In this document: positions 12,201-20,359 of the stretch, piece by piece
Numbering within the stretch: position 1 is the stretch's first letter
Layout: the number at the start of each line of letters is the position of its first letter
Assembly: GCF_040783495.1 (NCBI RefSeq)
Contig: NZ_CP157262.1
Origin: Escherichia coli
GTDB taxonomy: Bacteria; Pseudomonadota; Gammaproteobacteria; Enterobacterales; Enterobacteriaceae
Length of the DNA stretch: 24,000 nucleotides
Reading direction: 5' to 3' (one strand)
The notes under the pieces: model-generated
What the model saw: only the letters and a program-made list of their open reading frames with translations
Databases searched by the model: none
What the model was told of the DNA's origin: nothing
Made by a program: the position numbers and the translations under genes

Positions 12201-12215
12201 GCACCAGTTTGGTGC
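12201..12215 (+). promoter_or_regulatory. NtrC-type binding site upstream of glnH
   Basis: GCACC-AGTTT-GGTGC dyad, matching the core of the NtrC consensus TGCACC-N5-GGTGCA, about 90 bp upstream of the sigma-54-like element. Confidence 0.7.
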
Positions 12216-12301
12216 CCCAGAATGGTGCATCTTCAGGGTATTGCCCTATAAATCGTGCATCACGTTTTTGCCGCATCTCGAAAAATCAATGAGTTGCAAA
12301 A

Positions 12302-12319
12302 CTGGCACGATTTTTTCAT
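12302..12319 (+). promoter_or_regulatory. Putative sigma-54 promoter of glnH
   Basis: 'CTGGCACGATTTTTTCAT' has the TGGCAC -24-like element with an imperfect -12 element. Context matches glnHp2. Confidence 0.55.
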
Positions 12320-12357
12320 ATATGTGAATGTCACGCAGGGGATCGTCCCGTGGATAG

Positions 12358-13119
<762 letters not shown>

Positions 13120-13179
13120 TAACGCTGCGCCTGTAAAGCGCACTGGCAGTTCCCTCTCCCCGCCGGGGAGGATCTATTA

Positions 13180-13213
13180 AGTTCTGTTGCTATCAACTGA
13201 TTTCAACAGAACT
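13180..13213. other. Inverted repeat / intercistronic stem-loop downstream of glnH
   Basis: AGTTCTGTTG (13180-13189) ... CAACAGAACT (13204-13213), extended by GAGGAT (13168-13173) and ATCCTC (13216-13221). A second small dyad, CTCCCC-GCC-GGGGAG, lies at 13156-13170. Confidence 0.6.
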
Positions 13214-13309
13214 CTATCCTCTCCCTTCAACAGCTTTTAAAATAAGGCATTATCAGAAATCTCTCCTCTCTGGATGTCAACCATCTTCCATGTGCATCAA
13301 GATAATTTT

Positions 13310-13329
13310 GGGGGCTATTATGGGGGCTA
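13310..13329 (+). repeat. Short direct repeat directly upstream of int
   Basis: GGGGGCTA (13310-13317) repeated at 13322-13329 in 'TTTGGGGGCTATTATGGGGGCTAC'. Confidence 0.6.
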
Positions 13330-13347
13330 CTTTTCGGGATTAACATT

Positions 13348-14526
13348 ATGCCACTTACTGTTCGACAAATTGAGTCAGCTAAACCCGCTGACAAGGATTA
13401 CAAACTTTCCGACGGTCAGGGACTTTATCTTCTTGTCAAAAAATCCGGTTCCCGTTACTGGAATCTGAAGTACCGTTTTGCCGGTAAGGAAAAGAAACTG
13501 GTGATTGGTGTCTATCCTGACATATCTCTGGCTCAGGCGCGTCAGAAACGGGATGAAGCGCGTAAACTCCTGGCTGAAGGAAAGGACCCGTCATATGAGA
13601 AACAGGCGCTAAAATTTGCCATCAGGGAGAGTATGGCCTGCACATTCCGCACCATTGCAGAGGAACTGCTTACCCATATGGCACGTCGATGGACAGCAGG
13701 TTACCAGGCAGACCAGCGTGCAAGACTTGAAAATCATGTTTTCCCTGCCCTTGGAAACCGTCCTGTGACCGGGATACGTCCCATGGAAATACTGAACGTC
13801 CTGAGGGTGATTGAAGAACAGGGAAAACTTGAAGCACTGCGTAAAACACGCCAGCTCTGTGCGCAGGTTTTTGATTATGCCATAGCAACAGGACGTGCAA
13901 CTGTTAACCCAGCGTCAACACTCAGCGGGGTACTGCTTCCTCCTGAAAAACAACAGCGCAGGACACTTTCTGAAGAGCAGATGGGGGCTTTCATGCATCA
14001 GATGACGGCTTCCGGAAATCTGATGTCACTGGCAACGCGAATGCTGGTTCTTACAGCGGTTCGCACCGGAGAACTGCGGCTGGCGAGCTGGGATGAAATA
14101 AACTTCACGGAGGCCCTGTGGGTTATTCCAAAAGAAAGAATGAAAATGCGACGACCGCATGTTGTGCCGCTTTCACGTCAGGTACTGGCGTTACTGAAGG
14201 AGATAAAAACACGCACTGAATCGCGTCATTCCGCCTTTATTATTCCCGGGGCATTCAGGAAAGACCGCCCCCGGGGCCGTAAGTGTATTAATGAATTCCT
14301 TGAGCAGTCAGGCTGGCATGCCCTGACAACAGCTCACGGTTTTCGGCATACCTTCAGTACCATTCTTCATGACCATGATTTCAGCTCGGCCTGGATTGAA
14401 CTCCAGCTTGCCCACGTTGATAAAAACGTCATGCGTGGCACCTATAACCACGCGCAGTATCTCGATGGTCGCCGTGAAATGATGCAGTGGTACGCCGACT
14501 ACATTGATTCACTCTCCAGCCAGTAA
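13348..14526 (+). CDS. int: Tyrosine recombinase / P4-family island integrase
   Basis: 392 aa. N-terminal DUF4102-type domain 'YKLSDGQGLYLLVKKSGSRYWNLKYRFAGKEKKLVIGVYPDISLAQAR'. Catalytic residues in 'RTGELRLASWDEI', 'HGFRHTFST', 'LAHVDKNVMRGTYNHAQYL'. Confidence 0.95.
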   Translation: MPLTVRQIESAKPADKDYKLSDGQGLYLLVKKSGSRYWNLKYRFAGKEKKLVIGVYPDISLAQARQKRDEARKLLAEGKDPSYEKQALKFAIRESMACTFRTIAEELLTHMARRWTAGYQADQRARLENHVFPALGNRPVTGIRPMEILNVLRVIEEQGKLEALRKTRQLCAQVFDYAIATGRATVNPASTLSGVLLPPEKQQRRTLSEEQMGAFMHQMTASGNLMSLATRMLVLTAVRTGELRLASWDEINFTEALWVIPKERMKMRRPHVVPLSRQVLALLKEIKTRTESRHSAFIIPGAFRKDRPRGRKCINEFLEQSGWHALTTAHGFRHTFSTILHDHDFSSAWIELQLAHVDKNVMRGTYNHAQYLDGRREMMQWYADYIDSLSSQ

Positions 14527-14578
14527 AGTTAAGTCAGAAATACTTTTCCATGATACTTTTTCCTGGTTAAGTATTTTA

Positions 14579-14611
14579 CCCTCCGGCCTGCAGGGCCGGA
14601 GGGGTTTTGTT
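14579..14611 (+). terminator. Rho-independent terminator after int
   Basis: CCCTCCGGCC-TGCAG-GGCCGGAGGGG followed by TTTTGTT. Confidence 0.85.
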
Positions 14612-14950
14612 ATTAATTATATTTTTTCATCTGCAAAATTATCACAAAAAACATGATTGCAGACAAATTGACATTTTCAGGCTGGTGATTACAGAATATG
14701 GCCTTGCACTTATTCCGGCACCTCCAGCAAAGGAAAAATTGATTCAGATATTATTTAGCATTTCAGTCATCTGACATCATTATAAAAAATGAAATTCATA
14801 TAAAGATAATATTATTGTTATCAATGCCAGGCAGGTATGCACTGGCTTCGTAAGAAATGTTCATTCGGGGGCCAGGACAGAGCCTGATACACAGCATCTC
14901 AACCTTTATGCTCCCGGACCATATCACCACAGGTTTTACAGGCTCAGAAA

Positions 14951-15991
14951 ATGAATGACAGATTACGCTTTGAAGTGAACGATAACCAGGGGTGGTTCGT
15001 ATTCCCGGACGCCTGGTTCGGCCCGTTGCTGGATGAGTTTGACGAACTGCTTGATGCATACGACGCGGATGAAATCAGCGAAACAAGTTATATCAACAAA
15101 CTCAGGCGTCTTTCCCGACAGGAGCCTGACTTTATTGATGTCCACGCTCACCTGGCATACGTATTTCTGGAACAAAACTCTCCGCGTAAGGCACTGAACG
15201 CTGCGCTTAAAGGAATGGTGGTTGCTAATCGCCTTATACCTGAAAGTTTCAGCGGTGAAATCATCTGGATGAATCCGCAAAACCGGCCTTATCTGCGCGC
15301 CCTTTATGCAACAATTCTCGCAAATGTGCACTTACAGCGTCACCGGCATGCTGTCATGCTCATTGAAAAAATACTGGCGTACAACCCCGAAGATAATCAG
15401 GGAGCACGCTGGTTGCTGGGGTCGGAACTGTTACGTGCTGGCGACCATGAGCGCGCACTCCGTGTACTGAAATCGCATACCGGTGAATTCTCACCCTGCT
15501 GGTATGAACTCGGCCTTCTGCATTTTCTGAACGGGGAACATGTTAAGGCTGCCACAGCTTTTCGCCATGGCTTTGTCACAAACACTTACATCGCGGAAAT
15601 GCTGTGCGGAAACCGGCATCCATTTCCACTTGCTGTGTGGCATAACTTTTCATGCGGTCCGGATACTGCTGAAGATTATTATGTAACATACTCCCCATTA
15701 TGGGGAGAATACCCGGAAGCACTGCTGTTTGTAAACTGGCTCTGTAACCATTCCGCTGTGCTGCATGAACGGGCAGAAATCATGAAATGCGCCGAAATGC
15801 TGATGCAGGAAGATGATGTCGAAATATGCGAGAGGATTTTAAGACAGCAGGAAAAGTTGCTGGAAAGAATCGACGAACGGAGTTCTGAAGAGATTGTACA
15901 GAAATGCAGAACATGGCGGGGAGAAGAAGTCTGGCCCTGGATATTGCCATTTACAGCCGGGGGAATAAATCCCTGTATCCGGTATCAGTAA
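14951..15991 (+). CDS. Hypothetical TPR-like cytoplasmic protein (346 aa)
   Basis: Long ORF with its own downstream terminator. TPR-like helical pairs such as 'IDVHAHLAYVFLEQNSPRKALNAALKGMVVANRL', 'ALYATILANVHLQRHRHAVMLIEKILAYNPEDNQG' and 'ARWLLGSELLRAGDHERALRVL'. Confidence 0.8.
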   Translation: MNDRLRFEVNDNQGWFVFPDAWFGPLLDEFDELLDAYDADEISETSYINKLRRLSRQEPDFIDVHAHLAYVFLEQNSPRKALNAALKGMVVANRLIPESFSGEIIWMNPQNRPYLRALYATILANVHLQRHRHAVMLIEKILAYNPEDNQGARWLLGSELLRAGDHERALRVLKSHTGEFSPCWYELGLLHFLNGEHVKAATAFRHGFVTNTYIAEMLCGNRHPFPLAVWHNFSCGPDTAEDYYVTYSPLWGEYPEALLFVNWLCNHSAVLHERAEIMKCAEMLMQEDDVEICERILRQQEKLLERIDERSSEEIVQKCRTWRGEEVWPWILPFTAGGINPCIRYQ

Positions 15992-16055
15992 ATATTGCAT
16001 AGTGTATTTTTAAATAAGTAATAACTTATCTGATAATAATACAGTGAAATTCCCT

Positions 16056-16085
16056 TCCCCAGGTTATCGCCCTGGGGTTATTTTC
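16056..16085 (+). terminator. Terminator after the TPR gene
   Basis: CCCCAGG-TTATCG-CCCTGGGG followed by TTATTTTC. Confidence 0.7.
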
Positions 16086-16131
16086 TGAAAGTTTCTTTTG
16101 AAAAAATAGCGTAGTAAATTACTTTAACGAA

Positions 16132-16948
16132 TTATTCCAGGGGTTCATTAAAGTTCTTTCGCAATACGTTATAGTCAAACACGTTATGGTTTGCATCAAA
16201 AACATCTGATTTTCCCTGCCAGCGGGTAATCACCTCCTCCAGCGTTTTCGGTTGTTCCGGCTTTGTTACCCCCATCCATGCATTAATCAGATAATCATTA
16301 TACGCAGTGGAGGAAAGCTGTATATGTGGCAAACCGGGAAGCGACTATGTAAGGATCAACTTCATTTATTTGATACTGTTTCTTCAACGCAAACTGAAAG
16401 GAAGAACATAACGCTACTGTAATTAACAATAAAAACGTGGTTACAGTGTTCTTTTTCGAAAAAAATGAAGACGATGTCTTTATTGCAGAACAGAAGAACA
16501 ATAAAAAGAGGATAATAAACGCAATAACATAAACGACATACATTCTGAACATTCTTATTACTTCATCAGGCTCTGTCTGAAGGATACTGATTGCAAAACC
16601 ATCATTAAATGTTGTACCGAATGTACACCATGAATACAAACTGATACTGATATCTGCCGCTGTCAGTAATGTGAACGAAAAGGCAAGAATAAAACGCAGC
16701 GTAAGCGATTTCATCGCCTTAATAATAAGAAGTGCCAGGATAAAGAATAACACCCGGTAGATCAGATGCGCGCCGGAGGATACAAGGAGATTAGAAAGGG
16801 TAAAGACAACCACTGATAACACAAGGCGCTTATCATTGTTAATCTGTGACCAGTTTATGAACGGAAGATTAATTTTCATAATAATTGAGAAAAAGCGATA
16901 TTTCTGTCCGACGCTGGTCGCTGAATATGGCGTGGCAGGTAAATACAT
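16132..16948 (-). pseudogene. Decayed phosphoethanolamine-transferase-like gene: N-terminal TM domain (16298-16948, 216 aa) plus a short possible C-terminal remnant in another frame (16132-16332)
   Basis: The 216-aa ORF has 4-5 TM segments and 'FNDGFAISILQTEPDEVIRMFRMYVVYVIAF', resembling the N-terminal region of EptA/OpgE/EptC-type enzymes. No sulfatase catalytic domain follows. The overlapping 66-aa ORF 'LINAWMGVTKPEQPKTLEEVITRW...FDYNVLRKNFNEPLE' continues in a different frame. Confidence 0.5.
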
Positions 16949-17013
16949 TTTTCTGAATAATCATAAAACGGGCATCATCCGCCGCCACAAATGTAGCGGC
17001 GTAAACAGGATCG

Positions 17014-17229
17014 TCATGATGTTTTCTTTCGTGACAGAAGAGAACGGCACATACCGCCCGCAATCATTATCAGCAGGAATAACATCCCCAGGACAACAAT
17101 TACTCTTAATGCCGGATGAACCCGATCGGCGAGAAAAAATAACTCCATCCCGAAACCAATAACAAGCCAAGCCAGCGCCATTCCGACGAGCCCTTTTAAC
17201 AGCAATCTCACGCTCCTCTCCTTCTGCAT
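17014..17229 (-). CDS. Small hydrophobic membrane protein (71 aa)
   Basis: MQKERSVRLLLKGLVGMALAWLVIGFGMELFFLADRVHPALRVIVVLGMLFLLIMIAGGMCRSLLSRKKTS, two TM segments. The track start at 17298 is probably upstream of the true start. Confidence 0.6.
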   Translation of the reverse strand: MQKERSVRLLLKGLVGMALAWLVIGFGMELFFLADRVHPALRVIVVLGMLFLLIMIAGGMCRSLLSRKKTS

Positions 17230-17350
17230 TCTTAACGAAAATGCCTTACAATAACAGCAACCGGGGAAGGCAACGCTGGCTGCTGAACGGTATGACATTT
17301 TACTGCTTTATGTTCTCTCAGTTTCTGTACTGACGCAGCCATTAATGGTA

Positions 17351-17617
17351 TTACAGTTTATTCAGAATAAGGCAGGCGGCCTGGTTTAATGCAATAAACT
17401 CCTGCCAGCTGTACTGAGACTGATAATTCAGTAAATACTGGTCTTCAACCCGGCAAATCTGTGGGCGTTTATCATAAATTGCACACAGATGAGAATCAGT
17501 CTGATAGTGACGGCAAATACCGTCACCACGATCCAGACATTGCGTTTCACCAGCCCTGTTGACATGACGACAACAGGCCCCACACTGGTTACAGGGAAAT
17601 GGAGGGTGTAATTTCAT
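17351..17617 (-). CDS. YkgJ-type cysteine cluster protein (putative Zn/Fe-chelating domain), 88 aa
   Basis: 'FPCNQCGACCRHV...CLDRGDGICRHY....LCAIYDKRPQICR', the CxxCxxCC cluster family pattern. Overlaps the upstream 523-aa CDS by 4 nt (ATGA). Confidence 0.85.
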   Translation of the reverse strand: MKLHPPFPCNQCGACCRHVNRAGETQCLDRGDGICRHYQTDSHLCAIYDKRPQICRVEDQYLLNYQSQYSWQEFIALNQAACLILNKL

Positions 17618-19185
17618 CGCTTATTTAACCAGTCGCGAACAGAAGCCACATTTCCTGACTCAAACGGCAACGCAATCCCTCGTCGGCTGACTTCCTCTCT
17701 CAGCAGAAGTCCGCGCTCTATCTCACTGTTTACGCTATCCAGATGAAGCGAAAAGTGATTTAACGCGGCAGCATCAACAGAAAATTCCAGCGCAGTAAGT
17801 TCTACAAGATAGCGATCAAGTTCAGCATTGACTGCCTGAAAGTATTCCAGTGACCGCCGGAACTTATCCTTAAATTTGTCCAGAAATGCCCACACCCGCT
17901 GCATAACCTCGCTGTATTCGAGATAATAATTCATCACCAGCCCGAGAATACCTGTCGTCAGCGCACCACAAAAGGCAGCAAGCTCTGAACCAAATGGAAA
18001 AATAAGGAGCTGCGCCATCGCCTCATTTATCATCACCCCTCCGGCAACAGCCACACCTGCTGCTATCAGTTTAGTGACCGCTTTGGCTAACTGCCCCGGC
18101 GATAATCCCTCCGGGTTAAACACCAAGATTTTAAAGGCCTGAACGAGATTGTTCCACATTTCCCTGATAAGCCGGACAATCATTTTTTCCGTTGTCAGGA
18201 ATATATTTAACAGCGTTGTGGTAATACCTGACAGTATCCCTCCGATGACTCCATCTTTAAAGGCAATTAAAAAAGAACTGAATTTTTCCTGTACTCGTTT
18301 CTGGCAGACACGTAATGCTGACGTTATTTCGGACAGGCATTTGCCGGCGCTGAATGAGTTCCGTTGCTGCCTGATAATATGCGGGATTCGTTCCCTCAGT
18401 TCGAACCAGATCTCGGCAAGAATAAGCCCCAGCATCTGTCGCGTCCCCATACGAAAACCAGAATTAAGTGAAGCACTGGCGACAGCAGTAGCAAACTTAC
18501 TACTCAGGTAATAGCTCTGATTAATCGTGGCCTCATATTTTTCCCGGGCATATTTATCAGCCCTTTCCATACGCTCAGTATCTGCATCAGCTTTTTTTCT
18601 CAGACTTATCAGACGTTTCTTTTCCTTTTCTGTCAGCGTTGCCTGAGATTCAAGCTCTGCTATCTGCCTTAACGTATCTTCTCTGTTTTTCTGCAGTGTG
18701 CAAATAAACGCATCCATTGAATCTGCTTTCTTTGATTTATTGAGCGATTCATGAGTGAATGCCAGATTTGAAGCATCATTTGCCAGTTCTGCGCCATCCC
18801 GTTCAGCAAGAATCCTCCCCGGATCATCATGAATTTCTTTAGCGGAAATAATATGATCCAGATTTTTTTTATCGTCTGAAGCAAACACTTCGCCTGTATA
18901 TGCATCAGTAAGAGTCCCTGCCTGATGTGCACGCTTTCCTTTCCGGTTCGTCGCGATGTAGTTTTCATGGCTGTGGTAATGATGAGAATCATAGTCGCCA
19001 CGACCTTCATACCGCTGTCGCTCAGCCTCCGTGGCATAAATGCCATTACGCACATTATGGATAGTGTCAACATCACCCCCCTTACGATCATTTAACAACA
19101 GAAAATCCAGCCCGAATGATGTAGCCAGGCTCTTCACCATGGTCTGATGTAACTCTTCTGTCCAGTCAAATTTTTCCACATTCAT
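17614..19185 (-). CDS. Membrane-associated protein with an N-terminal HNH-endonuclease-like domain (523 aa)
   Basis: 'YTGEVFASDDKKNLDHIISAKEIHDDPGRILAERDGAELANDASNLAFTHESLNKSKKAD' fits an HNH/beta-beta-alpha arrangement (DH...N...N..K). Long charged helices and several hydrophobic, Gly/Ala-containing segments follow ('LIAAGVAVAGGVMINEAMAQLLIFPFGSELAAFCGALTTGILGLVMNYY'). Confidence 0.75.
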   Translation of the reverse strand: MNVEKFDWTEELHQTMVKSLATSFGLDFLLLNDRKGGDVDTIHNVRNGIYATEAERQRYEGRGDYDSHHYHSHENYIATNRKGKRAHQAGTLTDAYTGEVFASDDKKNLDHIISAKEIHDDPGRILAERDGAELANDASNLAFTHESLNKSKKADSMDAFICTLQKNREDTLRQIAELESQATLTEKEKKRLISLRKKADADTERMERADKYAREKYEATINQSYYLSSKFATAVASASLNSGFRMGTRQMLGLILAEIWFELRERIPHIIRQQRNSFSAGKCLSEITSALRVCQKRVQEKFSSFLIAFKDGVIGGILSGITTTLLNIFLTTEKMIVRLIREMWNNLVQAFKILVFNPEGLSPGQLAKAVTKLIAAGVAVAGGVMINEAMAQLLIFPFGSELAAFCGALTTGILGLVMNYYLEYSEVMQRVWAFLDKFKDKFRRSLEYFQAVNAELDRYLVELTALEFSVDAAALNHFSLHLDSVNSEIERGLLLREEVSRRGIALPFESGNVASVRDWLNKR

Positions 19186-19231
19186 GTTATTTCACTTCTT
19201 GTAAAGCCGGGCTTTAACGCCCGGTAAATCA

Positions 19232-20311
19232 TTAACTCTGGGATGAAAAATAATCAAATTTCACAACCGAACTGGCCAATACATCATCCAGCTCATCCTT
19301 ATTAATAACGTTCATTCCATTATCATCCGTTTCCATTTCAATAACGTTATCTTTTATCACTGCCTCACCATTTTCCTGTTTCCGCGGTTTAAACAGTGGC
19401 GTTGTAATAATATCCGTCATAATAGCGGCCAGTGAATATCCATGGTCAATAAGCACAATGACATCATCTGATACACTGATATCCTGTTGTGTTGTAATAA
19501 CAGAATGCATGGATTTAAGTGGCTCAAAATAGTGTTTAATAAATACAGCATGCATTCTGTTCAGTGCAGCGAGAATTTCATCAACGTATTGATTAACTTT
19601 TGCAAAATGCTCCCGGGCCAGATTCATTTTCTTAACTGCCCGTTCAACATTGCAGGCACACTGATGGGCATTTTCAAGAGCTTTCGTCGCATGTCTGTCG
19701 TAAGCCCAGCCCGCAATGGCAATCAACGGTGCAGCCACTGCAGTGCCTAATACCATTGCGCCACCAGCCATTCCCATGCCCCCTGCAGCCAGTGAGCCCC
19801 CACCAATTGCCGCCATCGTCGCGTTATAAGCCGCGGCCCCAGAAAGCGCTGCAATGGGTGTACCTGTGGAAGCCGCAGCAAATGCCATCACTCCGCTATA
19901 CACAGCAAAACCCGCAGCAGCCCCGGAAACTCCGGCAGCAACGACCGTACTGAGATATTCTGTTGCTGAAATGGCCAGGTTATGAATCTTATTGATGTTA
20001 TGTTGCGGGACACTCAGTTTCAGGTCTTTATTGCCCTCTTTTTCCAGACGCGCCAGGAGCTCAGCAGCAATCCTGTCGAACTCACTGAAATCTTTACCAA
20101 TCTCAAGCTCTTTATTTCCGAGCGTTGTTAATTTTGATGATGTCTGAGCTTCAGCCTGCTCAAATTTTCCTTTATGCTCCTCGTAACGCTCTTTTGCTTT
20201 TTCGAGGATATCCTCTGCTTCTGACTTTTTTTGATATCCATCGTAAGCTTTTTTTCCGCCGAATGCCGCAGCGCCGGCAGCCACACCCAAAATAATAAAA
20301 GGTAACGCCAT
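19232..20311 (-). CDS. Gly/Ala-rich coiled-coil membrane protein (359 aa), unknown function
   Basis: N-terminal TM 'PFIILGVAAGAAAFGGKKAYDGY', coiled coil, then a long Gly/Ala-rich hydrophobic stretch 'VVAAGVSGAAAGFAVYSGVMAFAAASTGTPIAALSGAAAYNATMAAIGGGSLAAGGMGMAGGAMVLGTAVAAPLIAIAGWAY'. Confidence 0.75.
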   Translation of the reverse strand: MALPFIILGVAAGAAAFGGKKAYDGYQKKSEAEDILEKAKERYEEHKGKFEQAEAQTSSKLTTLGNKELEIGKDFSEFDRIAAELLARLEKEGNKDLKLSVPQHNINKIHNLAISATEYLSTVVAAGVSGAAAGFAVYSGVMAFAAASTGTPIAALSGAAAYNATMAAIGGGSLAAGGMGMAGGAMVLGTAVAAPLIAIAGWAYDRHATKALENAHQCACNVERAVKKMNLAREHFAKVNQYVDEILAALNRMHAVFIKHYFEPLKSMHSVITTQQDISVSDDVIVLIDHGYSLAAIMTDIITTPLFKPRKQENGEAVIKDNVIEMETDDNGMNVINKDELDDVLASSVVKFDYFSSQS

Positions 20312-20359
20312 TCTTTTCCTCCTGTACAGATTGCTTTATCATCAGTCAACTGAAATATT

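Noticed and set aside
18669-19091. 140-aa ORF overlapping the HNH-like CDS on the same strand
   Set aside because: Different frame of the 523-aa gene, with low-complexity Met/Ile/Thr-rich translation. The long frame contains the recognisable HNH-like motif.
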